Of a DNA stretch of 64,000 nt, positions 34,593 to 45,616 are shown in pieces. Under the pieces are notes generated by a model, which saw nothing but the letters and a program-made list of their open reading frames with translations, was not told where the DNA came from and did no database searches. A program made the position numbers and the translations under genes. The stretch is from an uncultured Fibrobacter sp. Its GTDB lineage: Bacteria; Fibrobacterota; Fibrobacteria; Fibrobacterales; Fibrobacteraceae. How positions within the stretch are numbered: the stretch's first letter is position 1; each line of letters starts with the position of its first letter. The stretch spans positions 13,397-77,396 of the forward strand of contig NZ_CAMZCS010000011.1 of NCBI RefSeq assembly GCF_947305105.1. Direction: 5' to 3'.

Positions 34593-37500
34593 CTATTTCT
34601 TTTTCTTCTTCGGCCTCTTGTAGCCGAACGACTTGAGCAGTTCGTCCGAAGCATAACGCTTGTGGCCGATTTCCTCATCCGGGAGTTTGCAGCGCAGCTC
34701 GGCAACCGACTTGACTTCGGTCTTGAAGATGTACGCGCCCGTACCAAGCAAGCGGCCTTCCTGCGTCACCACGTCGCCATTTAAGTCAGGAGTCAATTCG
34801 AAGAACATCTTGATTTCGCCAACATCGTTGACGAATTCCGGATCGTTCAAGTCTTGCTCAAAACGGTATTCGTTCAAGAATGAACCCAGATTGGAATAAA
34901 CCCAGACATTCACGTGCAGTTTCATCTTGAAGAGGTTGGCCTTCGCGTTGTCGCCCTTGTATTCCTTGCGGAACTCGGCATTACAGTAATTATTGACGTA
35001 TTCATCAACAGTCACCTTCTCGCGGTCCCAGCCACCACCGACATCGAGCGAAATCAGGCCATCGCGTTCGAGGAGGTCGTCCAAGGTGCAGAGGCCGGAA
35101 GCAGGATTGTCGCCGCAACGAGGCGCCACAGCATCAAAGGAGAGCGTCGGACCAAGGTGACCCCCATTGACTCCCGGATAGGGTTCTTCGAGGTCACCCT
35201 TCTTCTTGCCGAACGAGCCACCGACAAGCGTCTTCATTTCCTTGTCTTCCTTCGGATTGTACAGGCTCACTGCAAACGACTGGCCATCCTTCGGAGGATT
35301 GTCGCCATAGTACTTGGCAACGGAATCCGCATCGATTTTCGTGACCGGTTTTACGACATGCACATTGATGGACTTCGGGTTCTTCATGACAACGAAGACC
35401 GTATCCGAAGCCTCGTTACCCGCCTTGTCGCGGTATGTACGTATGATGGCGTTGATGCCCACCTTCAAGCCCTGGATCGTAAGGGTGTCTTGCACTTCGC
35501 CATCCACAGTCCACGTGACATTGACTCCGCGCGTGCGCACGATAGCCTTGTTCTCGGGAGAGGTAATCTTGACCACCGGAACAACCTTGTCCACGACGAT
35601 GAAGATGTTCTTCGTGGCAATGTTGCCGAACTTGTTCTTGTAGGTGTAGCTGACTTGGTAACCGTAGTTGCCTTCTTCGTTCTTGACAATTTCGCCCTTG
35701 TCATCTACAGAATAACGGACGCCCACATGCCCGCCGAAGTCGTCGTCGAACTCGTAGGAGTATTCGTAAGAGCCACCGTTATCGTCCTTAATCAGTTCAC
35801 CGGTAGTGCCGTTCACCTTGTAAGAGACCGTGACATCCTTGCCGCCAATGACCGTCTGGTACTTGACCGTCATCACCACATCGCCGTCTTCGTTCTTGAT
35901 TTCGCGACCCTTCTTGTCGGTGTTGTAAGAGACCTTCACCTTCTTACCGTCTACCTTCATGTCGAAGGAGACTTCGTATGTCTTGTCGTTAATCAGGTTA
36001 CGCGTTGTCTCGGCAGATTCGGCGTCATCCATCGTGATGTCCTTCTTCTTGGACACCTTCTTGACATCCGACAAGGACTTGCTGATATTCAACAGGGAAT
36101 CGAGACGGAGATTCGTATTGAACGTGGAGTCTGTCTCGGTCGCCTTGTCCTTGATATGGATACGCACCTCGTTCAATTCGTGGTTCACGTAGAAGTTCGT
36201 ATCGTTCTCGTCGACTTGTTCAACAATCGTCACGTTCGAAATGGCAACCGTATCTTCGGCAATCTTCGATATCGTCACCTTCGGGATAGAATTGTCCACA
36301 ATGACGACAACGGAATCGCAGCCCGGTTTGTCCTTTGTCGGGTCGTCAAAGCAGACCTTGACAATGTAGGTGCTGTCTTTCGGGAACTTCACCGTGGTAT
36401 CCGGCTGCAGTTTATTGTCGACAGTCCATTCGAAATCGATTTTCCTGGAGTTGGTAAAGATGGTATCGGGTTCAAGCCAGAGGGAATCCTCATCGCTTGC
36501 ACGGGTAATCTTGACATCGGGCACTTCGACGACGTTCTGCACCTTGATAGTCACGTGCGCCGTATCGAGGCTACCATCGTCGCCTTCCACAACCACAACC
36601 AGTTCGTACTTCTTCTTGGTCTCGTAATCTAGCGCTTCAACAAGCTTGATTTCGCCATTTTCCGACACCTTGAATTCCTTGACATTGTTAATGAGAGTTA
36701 CCTTGACCTTGTCGTTCTCAGGATTATCAATGACAAGCTTGGCAAAAGTCGTATCCGGCTTGGCATCTTCGCGAATGACGAGAGTCGTATCGTCCATCGT
36801 CGGAATCTCGCGGATATCATCAATCCAGATTTTCACAATCGCCGTAGAAGAAACTTTCTTCGTGTCGGTCACGAAAACCTTCAAATCGTAGTGGTTCTTG
36901 GTTTCGTAATCAAGGTTTGCGCCACTCTTCACGGTAATACGACCAGAAGAAGAAATCTCGAATTCGTTGGAACTTTCCGCAAGCGAGAACACCAACACGG
37001 AATCCGGGTCTTCGGCATCGTGAGCCACCACAGTCCCGACTTTGGTCTTTGCCGGAGAGTTCTCGGCCACATGGAATTCGGCAGGCTCAATTACCGGGGC
37101 CTCATTCACATCGTCCACGATAATCAGGAACCGGGCCGTATCGGACATGCTGTCCGTATCGGTCACGTAGATTTCCAAAATGTAGCTGGTCGTCGATTCG
37201 TAATCAAGCACGCCGCTCTTCTTCACGGTAATGCGGCCGGACGTAGAAACATCGAACTCTTCCGATGTGCCAATGAGCGTATAGGTCAACAGCGAATCGG
37301 CGTCTTCTTGGTCCATGCCGATAGCCTTACCGACAAGCGTCTTGGCCACGGCCGTTTCGGCCACGTGGAAGGTGTCGGCCTCGAGAACCGGAGCTTCGGG
37401 CACATTCTCGACATTAATCTTCACCTTGCCAATGGAGGTCAATCCCTTAAGGTCGGCCACCTCAACCTGCAACGTGTAAGACTTGGTGCGTTCGTAGTCA

Positions 37501-40500
37501 ATGTTTGCGCCCTTCTTCACGGTGATAATGCCGTCTGTCGAAAGATCGAATTCCTTCGATGTACCCACGAGAGTGAATGTCAACTGCGAAGGCGAGTCTT
37601 CGTCGTCGGTAGCCTTAATCTGGCCGACAAACGTGGATTCTGGAGAATTTTCCTTGACCACGAAGGAATCCGGAGCGATGACAGGCGCTTTGTTGACATC
37701 GTTCACGGCAATGAGCATCACCTCTTCGGCAACGAGCAACTTGCTCGGCACGCTGTAGTCAACAACCTGTACCGTCAAGGAGTAGTCGTTTGCGCCCGTG
37801 TTGCTGTAAGTAAGCACTTCCTTCGTCGTGATTTCGCCCGTCAGGGAATCAATAGCAAACTTGGCCGTATCGCCGTCAATAGCGAAATACTTGTGCATCT
37901 TGAACGCCTTGGCCGTATCCAAATCGCCGTCCTTGACGGGGCTTCCGTTCAACACGGAGCCAGCAGGTTCCAGTTCGTCAATATCGAACTTCTGCTGCAC
38001 AACCGTCGGCTTTTCGTTCACGTCGTTGACATTGATGATGACGAGCATCGTATCGGCAGATTGCGGATCCCTATTGTCGGTCACGCGCACCTTCACCTGG
38101 TACACAGCCACCGACTCATAATCGAGCGAATCTTCCGCCACCTTGATTTCACCCGTCAGAGAGTCAATCTTGAAGAACTTCGTGGAATTCTTGGAAACGG
38201 GGATGAGCGAGTAGACAAGCGTATCCTTCTTCTTGATCAGGTTGTCCTCGTCCTTGGCATAGACGGAAACAGAACCCACGAGCGTTTCCACCAGAGAATT
38301 CTCGTCTACACCGACAGTCACAGAGCTCGAGTCAAAGGTCGGAGGATCGTTCTTGTCGTTGATATGAACCTTGAGAACCGCGGTATCGGCGAGGTCAGGC
38401 GGGAAGCCTTTGTTCTTTCCATTATCCGTAGCAACCACATACATATAGTAGACGCTATCCTTTTCGTAATTGAGGACAGAATCCTTGAGAGTGATTTCAC
38501 CACAGAAATAGCCCTTATCACAAGTGGACGAAGAGGAAATCTTGAAGACGCTCGTAGCACCCGCCGTGGAATCCAGGAGCTTGTAGTCCATCTTTGTCCA
38601 GAGGTCTTCATCCGTGACCTTGACCTTACCGACTGATGTTCCGGTCGACGAGTTCTCGTCAATGTAGAGGTCGGCAGTCACGATATTCGGATACTCGTTC
38701 ACGTCGTTAATCTTGATGGTCACATCGGCCGTATCGCCGGCAATTCCGTCCGTCACAGCGACTTTGAACGTGTAGAGGCTATCGGCTTCGTAATTGAGCT
38801 TCGCATTGCTCTTCACGACCACCTTAATTTCCCTGTCGGATACCTTCTGGAATTCAAACGGGACATCAGAACCGGACAGCACCATATCAAATGTCAGTTT
38901 ATCCTTCAGGTCTTCGTCTTCAGCCTTGATCGTTCCGACAAGCGTTCCCGACTTAGAATTCTCATCGACATCAAAGTTGAAAGGCCTATTTTCGAGGTAG
39001 GGAGGATCGTTCTCGTTGGTCACCACGATTTTCAACTTGGTCGTAGCGGAAAGATCCTTCTTGTTATCGTAGAAGTTCTGCTTCGAACCATTGTCCTTCA
39101 CCGTCACGACAACTTCGAACGTGTGGCCGGCATAGGCCTGACCCAGCATACCCGAAGTTGCCACCAAGACATAGCCCTTGTTACTCGCAGAGGTAATGCT
39201 GAACAATCCGGCCGCTTCAACCTTGTTCGAGGCATCCGTCACATCGTAGACCTTGCCAAGTGAATAAGTCAGGACCGTAGCGGGTTTGGCCTTGGTATCT
39301 TTATCCTTCGCCTCAAAAATCCAGACCGAATCACCGCCACTGTACTTCTCGTTGATTCGAGCGTTGTATTCACCCTTGTCGAAAGCCGGAGCTTCGTTGA
39401 TATCCTGGACATGGACCGTCAAGTTCGCCGTATCCTTAGCCGTGCCATCGTTCACAATGACATAGATATTGTAAACCGTGTCCATCGTTTCGTAATTCAA
39501 TTCCTTATTGGTCTTGACGTAAGCACTGTCCTTACCCGAAACCGGCACAATGTCAAACGGTAACGTCTTGCCATTCTTAGACACCATGCTGAAGGTGAGA
39601 GAATGGTTCTTGTCCTGGTCTGTCGCCTTGAACCCAACCAGGAATTCACCGGCGCTCCCATGTTCCTTGACATTCACATCCGCAGCAACCGGGCCAATGA
39701 CAGGAGGATCGTTCTTGTCGTTAATCTTAATCGTCACGACAGCTGTATCCGACATGTCCGGCGGGAAGCCCGCGTTCTCTCCGTTATCTGTCGCAATCAC
39801 ATACATATAGTAGGTTGCGGTCTTTTCAAAGTCCAGCACGGAATCCTTGAGCTTGATGTCCCCGCAGAAATATCCCTTGTCGCAACTGGACGCCGGAGTA
39901 ATCGTGAACACGTTGGCAATGTTCTTTGTGGAATCCTTGAGCTCATAACCCATGACCGTCCAAGTATCCACGTCCTTCACCTTGACCGTGCCCACCGTTT
40001 TTCCCTTGGGGGAATTTTCATCCACATTGAACGTGTAGTCGGCGATGACGGGCTTTTCGTTCACATCGTTAATCTTGACCACCACATCGGCAGTATCGCT
40101 AGCCACACCGTCCGTCACACGCACTTTGAACGAGTAGGAATTTTTCGTCTCGAAATCGAGAGCGCCGTTCACGGACAGCTTGTACTCTCCCTTTTTCACG
40201 GTCGCAATAGTGAACGGAATCGAAGAAGTGATAATGCTGAGAGTCATACCGTCTTCTTCATCTTCATCCGTGACCTTGATGCTGCCGAAGCGCGTATTAA
40301 GCGGAGTATTTTCATTGACGTTGAACGTGTATTTTTTCTTGTCAAAGACCGGAGGATCATTGACATTCCCAATGTGGACGGCCACCTTGATGTTTCTGGA
40401 AAGGTTCTTCTTGTTCACGGAGAAGTTCTGTTCTTTACCGTTATCCGTAACCTTGACCGTCACCTCATAATCGTGGTTCGCATAAGATTGACCCAACATT

Positions 40501-43313
40501 CCGCTGATGGAAGGATCTACGTTAATTTCTCCAGTCGAAGAATTGACGGTGAACAAGCCCGTTACTGCAGTGGAACCATTCGTCACGTCGTTAACACCCA
40601 CCAAAGAATACGTAAGCACGGTCTTCGGGGTAGCCTTGGTGTCCTTATCCGCTGCAGTCACCTGGCCAACCAGATCGCCACCCTTGTACTTCTCGTCGAT
40701 GGAGAATTCATAACTGGACTGTGCAAAAGTCGGAGTTTCGTTCACGTCCAGAATGTTGATTGTGAGCATTGCCGTAGCACTGCCACCATTTCCATCGTCG
40801 GCAATAATACGGAGATTGTACACCGTCGGCTGGGTTTCGTAGTTAATGCTCACCACCTTAATATAGGCGCTATCGCTGTCTGTCAGCGCGACGAGCGTAA
40901 ACGGAAGCGATGTAGCACCATCCGCAGATTCCATACGGAACGTCACATGCTGGCCAGCATCTTCGTCAGTCGCCTTGTACTCGATAAAGATGGAATCCTT
41001 CGGGGCATGTTCACGTACAGAAATTGTGGTATCTCCACGCAAAATCACCGGCGGGTCGTTCTGGTTCTCAACATCGACATGCACCACAACCGTATCGGTA
41101 AGTTTCTTCGAGCGGTCGCCCGGCACACCGTTGTCGGTCACGATGATTCTCATTTCATATGTCTTTTGCTTTTCGTAATCCAGCGTAGCCGCTTTCACCG
41201 TGATAGCACCGTTCTTGGAGTTAATCTGGAACACGCTGGATGGATTCCCGGAAATGTTTTCGAGCTTGTATGTGAGGGTGTTCCCGAGATCTCGGTTCGA
41301 ATCAACGCTATCCTGGGCTGTAATCGTGCCGACTTTAACCCCGATCGCGGAATTTTCCTTAACCGTCAAATGCAATTTCGAATCCGACGACAATGCGTTT
41401 GTAATTTCAGGCTTGTCGTTGACCGGATTCATCGCGATAGTCATCGTGAAAGTATTCTTAGAGGCCTCACCATAATCATCGACAATCTTGTATGTGAATG
41501 TCGAATACTTGAATTCTGGATTCGTCCCAGTCGTATCACCAAATTCGTTCAAACCGCTCACGTAGGTCAACTTCCCAGCTTTGATGTCTGCAGAGCTAAT
41601 GACGCTTCCCCCATCGACAGCCTCAGCTCCATTTTTGAGGGAGCCCTTCGTGGGAGCGTTTACAATCTGGACCTTGTAGTCCGTCATCGGGGTAAGTACC
41701 ACATTATTGATATTGCTCGTCGCCTTGTAGTAAGCTGGGAACGATTCAATCTTGAAGGGAACGTCCTCATAACCGATGGAATCACCCGCACTACTTACAA
41801 TCGTGGTAATGATCGTGTCCTTGCCACTAGGTTCGCTGTCATTGTCCTCGATGTAGATTTTGAAGTCTCCAGAACGCGCTCCATTCTCCAAGACACCACC
41901 GGTAATGTCCAAAATCCGCAGATAGAAAAACTCCGTATTCTCAGCGAGGATATCGTCCGTAGCAGTTAGGGTAATCGGATTTTCCAAAGATTTACCGTCA
42001 GATTTAAAGGTAGCCGACTTAGAGCCGTTATTAGAGCACAATGTGACTCCACTTGTATTGAGGTCGGCCTGTGCTGCAGCCGTAATGACAGAACCCGTCT
42101 TCCCCGTCTTTCCCTGATTCGCATTCGCTTTTGAATCAAAGGCAATACAATATTTAATCGTCACCGGGACCGAGGGAGCCTTGTCCAACTGGACATTCAA
42201 CGTTTCACTCGTTCTTCCCTCATGAAGGCTTCCCGAAGCCAAGGCCGTGGAATTGATTACCGGAGGATCGAATGGCACATAACGGAACTGGTCAGCTTTG
42301 AAATCCGAATTGATGTAAATGCTTTTTGCAATCAACTGGCCAGCAAAACTCATGTGCTGCTGGATTCTAATATCCGATGAAGAAATGAGCGTTCCCTGCA
42401 TAATTCTATTCTCGCCCGCAGGAAAGGACACCCCATTTTTGAAATAAACAAGAAGATCGCCATTATATTTATCATTCGACGCCGCATCAGAAGGACCTAC
42501 ATCCCAGGCGTTGTTTTTCCATTGAGACGCATTCTTCGCATAAATGACTTTAAAAGAAGTCTTACTGGACAATTCTACATTACCCATAATAAAAATACGG
42601 GTCGGACGACCGCCTGGGGGCATCGCCACATAAAGGTTTGCTTCATTTCTGAGATACAAAGCAGAAATGTTGACATCATAAACGGTAGAACCTGACGGCA
42701 CATGAATAGTGATACTATTTGCATTACCATTTCGATCAACTGTTCCAAGCGAAGCGCTATACGTATGAGAACCGACCGTCGGCAAGGAAAGATCAGAATC
42801 TACCTGCGGAACGATTGCACAAGAATCAACAGCATTTCCATGATTCAAACTGATATGCGAGCTCATGCTCGTAACACAATATGGTCCATAGAAATAGTTG
42901 CTATTGCGACTATTATCTGCGATTGTAAATGTCGCAAAACGGAACGGCCCCGTTATAATCGTATCACTTCCATTTGCATTCGTGAAGTTTCCGGCAAAAA
43001 GAAGCGGGCCACCCAAAGAGTGCTGATCGTTTATAAATTGAAGGCCGCCTTTTGGGGAACCCACAAAACCAACCGTATCGGTTATATGGACGTCCGATTC
43101 AAAAGTAATTGCCGGTGTATTTGCGCCACTTCCTAAAGCCCACAGTTTGTACTTCATGAGCTTGTCCCACTTGGCAGCATCAGCACCGGAGCTTCCGAAC
43201 GAGAACGGAGCCACAGGCACACTCGCGGCCATGGCATAAGCAAGCAAACCCGAAATGGATAGTAATATCAAAGCCCGATGCATTTTAGATGCGACTCTGG
43301 ACATTCTCAGCAT
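34593..43313 (-). CDS. Giant (~2900 aa) secreted cadherin-repeat protein with an N-terminal beta-helix-like domain, a Calx-beta-like domain, ~15 cadherin repeats and a poly-Lys C-terminus
   Basis: An AGGAGA SD precedes the ATG at 43313 and a signal peptide follows. There are fifteen linkers of the type (I/V)xDxN(D/E)xP (VNDKPE, NQNDPPV, DVNETPTF, NVNDPPVF, DVNEKPV ...). The protein ends KSFGYKRPKKKKK. Confidence 0.9.
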   Translation of the reverse strand: MLRMSRVASKMHRALILLSISGLLAYAMAASVPVAPFSFGSSGADAAKWDKLMKYKLWALGSGANTPAITFESDVHITDTVGFVGSPKGGLQFINDQHSLGGPLLFAGNFTNANGSDTIITGPFRFATFTIADNSRNSNYFYGPYCVTSMSSHISLNHGNAVDSCAIVPQVDSDLSLPTVGSHTYSASLGTVDRNGNANSITIHVPSGSTVYDVNISALYLRNEANLYVAMPPGGRPTRIFIMGNVELSSKTSFKVIYAKNASQWKNNAWDVGPSDAASNDKYNGDLLVYFKNGVSFPAGENRIMQGTLISSSDIRIQQHMSFAGQLIAKSIYINSDFKADQFRYVPFDPPVINSTALASGSLHEGRTSETLNVQLDKAPSVPVTIKYCIAFDSKANANQGKTGKTGSVITAAAQADLNTSGVTLCSNNGSKSATFKSDGKSLENPITLTATDDILAENTEFFYLRILDITGGVLENGARSGDFKIYIEDNDSEPSGKDTIITTIVSSAGDSIGYEDVPFKIESFPAYYKATSNINNVVLTPMTDYKVQIVNAPTKGSLKNGAEAVDGGSVISSADIKAGKLTYVSGLNEFGDTTGTNPEFKYSTFTYKIVDDYGEASKNTFTMTIAMNPVNDKPEITNALSSDSKLHLTVKENSAIGVKVGTITAQDSVDSNRDLGNTLTYKLENISGNPSSVFQINSKNGAITVKAATLDYEKQKTYEMRIIVTDNGVPGDRSKKLTDTVVVHVDVENQNDPPVILRGDTTISVREHAPKDSIFIEYKATDEDAGQHVTFRMESADGATSLPFTLVALTDSDSAYIKVVSINYETQPTVYNLRIIADDGNGGSATAMLTINILDVNETPTFAQSSYEFSIDEKYKGGDLVGQVTAADKDTKATPKTVLTYSLVGVNDVTNGSTAVTGLFTVNSSTGEINVDPSISGMLGQSYANHDYEVTVKVTDNGKEQNFSVNKKNLSRNIKVAVHIGNVNDPPVFDKKKYTFNVNENTPLNTRFGSIKVTDEDEEDGMTLSIITSSIPFTIATVKKGEYKLSVNGALDFETKNSYSFKVRVTDGVASDTADVVVKINDVNEKPVIADYTFNVDENSPKGKTVGTVKVKDVDTWTVMGYELKDSTKNIANVFTITPASSCDKGYFCGDIKLKDSVLDFEKTATYYMYVIATDNGENAGFPPDMSDTAVVTIKINDKNDPPVIGPVAADVNVKEHGSAGEFLVGFKATDQDKNHSLTFSMVSKNGKTLPFDIVPVSGKDSAYVKTNKELNYETMDTVYNIYVIVNDGTAKDTANLTVHVQDINEAPAFDKGEYNARINEKYSGGDSVWIFEAKDKDTKAKPATVLTYSLGKVYDVTDASNKVEAAGLFSITSASNKGYVLVATSGMLGQAYAGHTFEVVVTVKDNGSKQNFYDNKKDLSATTKLKIVVTNENDPPYLENRPFNFDVDENSKSGTLVGTIKAEDEDLKDKLTFDMVLSGSDVPFEFQKVSDREIKVVVKSNAKLNYEADSLYTFKVAVTDGIAGDTADVTIKINDVNEYPNIVTADLYIDENSSTGTSVGKVKVTDEDLWTKMDYKLLDSTAGATSVFKISSSSTCDKGYFCGEITLKDSVLNYEKDSVYYMYVVATDNGKNKGFPPDLADTAVLKVHINDKNDPPTFDSSSVTVGVDENSLVETLVGSVSVYAKDEDNLIKKKDTLVYSLIPVSKNSTKFFKIDSLTGEIKVAEDSLDYESVAVYQVKVRVTDNRDPQSADTMLVIINVNDVNEKPTVVQQKFDIDELEPAGSVLNGSPVKDGDLDTAKAFKMHKYFAIDGDTAKFAIDSLTGEITTKEVLTYSNTGANDYSLTVQVVDYSVPSKLLVAEEVMLIAVNDVNKAPVIAPDSFVVKENSPESTFVGQIKATDDEDSPSQLTFTLVGTSKEFDLSTDGIITVKKGANIDYERTKSYTLQVEVADLKGLTSIGKVKINVENVPEAPVLEADTFHVAETAVAKTLVGKAIGMDQEDADSLLTYTLIGTSEEFDVSTSGRITVKKSGVLDYESTTSYILEIYVTDTDSMSDTARFLIIVDDVNEAPVIEPAEFHVAENSPAKTKVGTVVAHDAEDPDSVLVFSLAESSNEFEISSSGRITVKSGANLDYETKNHYDLKVFVTDTKKVSSTAIVKIWIDDIREIPTMDDTTLVIREDAKPDTTFAKLVIDNPENDKVKVTLINNVKEFKVSENGEIKLVEALDYETKKKYELVVVVEGDDGSLDTAHVTIKVQNVVEVPDVKITRASDEDSLWLEPDTIFTNSRKIDFEWTVDNKLQPDTTVKFPKDSTYIVKVCFDDPTKDKPGCDSVVVIVDNSIPKVTISKIAEDTVAISNVTIVEQVDENDTNFYVNHELNEVRIHIKDKATETDSTFNTNLRLDSLLNISKSLSDVKKVSKKKDITMDDAESAETTRNLINDKTYEVSFDMKVDGKKVKVSYNTDKKGREIKNEDGDVVMTVKYQTVIGGKDVTVSYKVNGTTGELIKDDNGGSYEYSYEFDDDFGGHVGVRYSVDDKGEIVKNEEGNYGYQVSYTYKNKFGNIATKNIFIVVDKVVPVVKITSPENKAIVRTRGVNVTWTVDGEVQDTLTIQGLKVGINAIIRTYRDKAGNEASDTVFVVMKNPKSINVHVVKPVTKIDADSVAKYYGDNPPKDGQSFAVSLYNPKEDKEMKTLVGGSFGKKKGDLEEPYPGVNGGHLGPTLSFDAVAPRCGDNPASGLCTLDDLLERDGLISLDVGGGWDREKVTVDEYVNNYCNAEFRKEYKGDNAKANLFKMKLHVNVWVYSNLGSFLNEYRFEQDLNDPEFVNDVGEIKMFFELTPDLNGDVVTQEGRLLGTGAYIFKTEVKSVAELRCKLPDEEIGHKRYASDELLKSFGYKRPKKKKK

Positions 43314-43437
43314 ACGTTCTCCTGTGTTTCCCAAACATCTCCCCCTTTACCAGGATATAAGGCAACGCAAATATACAAACAAAAGCGGTTCCAAAAAAAG
43401 GAACCGCTTCAATTTTAAGGGAAAAAGGCCTCACCTA

Positions 43438-45549
43438 CTAGTAAATGAACAACATTTCGCGATACTTCGGCAGTGGCCAAAGTTCGTCGGGCACAACCTT
43501 CTCAAGGCTATCCACCACCTTGCGGAGATCCGCAATGGCCGAAATGATGCCCTCATGTTCACCATCCAGGGCCGATTCTACAGCAGAAACGGCATCCATG
43601 AGCTTGCTGCAGCCCTCGCCCAGCGATTTCGCATAGCCGTCCAGACCGGGGAAACCCTGGTTCAGGGCCATCTCGTTCGTCCTGAGCGCACCGGAATAGG
43701 CCTCGACCACCTTCGGCAAGATGACGTTCTTGGCAAGGTCGCGGGCAATTTCGCCCTCGATGTGGATGCGCTTGTGGTAATCCTCGACGTTCACCTCGTA
43801 GCGGGAACGCATCTCGGCACGGTTCATCACCCCGTACTTCTCGAACAGGGCGATGTTTTCGTCCTTGACGAGCGCCTTGAGGGCTTCCATGGAGGTGCGG
43901 ATGTTCGGGAGGCCGCGGCGTTCCGCTTCCTTCACCCATTCGTCGGTATAGCCGTTGCCGTTGTAAAGGACGCGCTTGTGTTCCTTCACAATCTTTTGCA
44001 GCAGCTTCTGGAGACCCGTGTGGAAGTTCTTCTCGTCGAGCTTTTCAAGTTGTTCGGCAATCATGTCGAAGGCTTCGGCCACAATCGTGTTGAGCACGAC
44101 GTTCGGCTCGGAACAGCTCTGGCTGGAACCAGGCGCGCGGAATTCGAACTTGTTGCCGGTAAACGCAAACGGCGAGGTACGGTTACGGTCGGTGGCATCG
44201 CGCGGGAGCGGCGGCAGCATGTCGGAGCCGAGCTTCATGGCACCGGCTTGCTTGCTGGACTTGGGCACGCCTTGCTCGATTTGGTCGATTACGTCCATCA
44301 GCTGGTCGCCCAGGTAGATGGAGATGATGGCCGGAGGAGCCTCGTGCGCACCGAGACGGTGGTCGTTGCCCGCACCAGCACAGGTCATGCGGAGCAAGTC
44401 GGCATGGGTATCCACGGCGTAGATGATGGCGCACAGCGTCGTGAGGAACACGGCGTTCTGGTGCGGGTCCTTGCCCGGATTGAGCAGGTTGCCCTTGCCG
44501 TAGGAAAGGCTCCAGTTGTTGTGCTTGCCCGAGCCGTTCACACCGGCAAACGGCTTTTCGTGCAGCAGGCACACGAGCCCGTAACGGTCGGCCACGTTGC
44601 GGAGCGTTTCCATGATCATCATGTTGTGGTCGCAAGCGAGGTTCACGTCCTCGAAAATCGGGGCAAGTTCGAACTGCGCGGGGGCGACTTCGTTATGGCG
44701 GGTCTTGGCCGGGATACCGAGGCGCCACAGTTCCTTTTCTACGTCGTTCATGAAGTTGAGGATGCGGCTCGGGATGCTTCCAAAGTAGTGGTCGTTCATC
44801 TGTTGGTGCTTCGCGGGAGTGGCGCCAAAGATGGTGCGGCCGGCCTGGTACAAGTCAGGGCGTTGCAGGTAGAAGCGCTTGTCGATGAGGAAGTATTCCT
44901 GTTCGGCGCCGAGCGTGACGGTCGTCTTCTTGGGGCCCGCCTTGAAGCAGGTCATGAGGCGGCGAGTGGACTTGGAAAGCGCCTGGAGGCTACGGAGCAG
45001 CGGGGTCTTTTTGTCCAAGGCCTCGCCGGTGTAGCTGCAGAACGCCGTCGGGATGCAAAGCGTGGCTCCGTTGCCGTGGCGCTTGATGAATGCCGGGCTC
45101 GTCGGGTCCCAGGCGGTGTAGCCGCGGGCTTCGAACGTAGAGCGAAGGCCGCCGCTCGGGAAGCTGGAGGCGTCGGGCTCACCCACGATGAGGTTCTTGC
45201 CGCTGAGCGCCATGATGGCCTTGCAGCCGCTCGGTTCGAGGAAGCTGTCGTGCTTTTCGGCGGTAGAGCCGGTCAGCGGCTGGAACCAATGCGTAAAGTG
45301 TGTGGCTCCGCGGTCCATGGCCCACTTCTTCATGGCGTGGGCGACGTCGCCAGCGATGTTCGGGTCGAGAGCGACCCCTTCGTCGATCGTGGCGAGGAGC
45401 TTTTCGCAGATATCCTTCGGCAGGTAGCTGCGCATGGTGTCGGCGTTGAAAACGTCTTCACCGTAAAAGTCGATGTTGACCGGTTCGGCTGGTTTTACCG
45501 GCGCCGGAGTGGCTGTAGCAATGTCGTAAATAGCTTTTGTGCGGTTCAT
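43438..45549 (-). CDS. glnN: Glutamine synthetase type III
   Basis: ~703 aa from MNRTKAIYD.., with GATHFTHWFQPLTG, NEVAPAQFELAP, HEKPFAGVNGSGKHNNWS and NRTSPFAFTGNKFEFR, which are hallmarks of GS-III. Confidence 0.9.
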   Translation of the reverse strand: MNRTKAIYDIATATPAPVKPAEPVNIDFYGEDVFNADTMRSYLPKDICEKLLATIDEGVALDPNIAGDVAHAMKKWAMDRGATHFTHWFQPLTGSTAEKHDSFLEPSGCKAIMALSGKNLIVGEPDASSFPSGGLRSTFEARGYTAWDPTSPAFIKRHGNGATLCIPTAFCSYTGEALDKKTPLLRSLQALSKSTRRLMTCFKAGPKKTTVTLGAEQEYFLIDKRFYLQRPDLYQAGRTIFGATPAKHQQMNDHYFGSIPSRILNFMNDVEKELWRLGIPAKTRHNEVAPAQFELAPIFEDVNLACDHNMMIMETLRNVADRYGLVCLLHEKPFAGVNGSGKHNNWSLSYGKGNLLNPGKDPHQNAVFLTTLCAIIYAVDTHADLLRMTCAGAGNDHRLGAHEAPPAIISIYLGDQLMDVIDQIEQGVPKSSKQAGAMKLGSDMLPPLPRDATDRNRTSPFAFTGNKFEFRAPGSSQSCSEPNVVLNTIVAEAFDMIAEQLEKLDEKNFHTGLQKLLQKIVKEHKRVLYNGNGYTDEWVKEAERRGLPNIRTSMEALKALVKDENIALFEKYGVMNRAEMRSRYEVNVEDYHKRIHIEGEIARDLAKNVILPKVVEAYSGALRTNEMALNQGFPGLDGYAKSLGEGCSKLMDAVSAVESALDGEHEGIISAIADLRKVVDSLEKVVPDELWPLPKYREMLFIY

Positions 45550-45616
45550 GAAAGGAAAAATAGAAACGAAAACAGCTCCGCTGCAGGGAAAAAATCGCAC
45601 TTTTTCTCCATTTTTC

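Noticed and set aside
45570-45610. A possible sigma-54 (-24/-12) promoter for glnN on the minus strand: aGTGCgattttttcCCTGCa.
   Set aside because: It lacks the invariant GG of the -24 element (GTGC instead of TGGCAC), and the spacing fits the GG-N10-GC rule only loosely. It is too weak to call.
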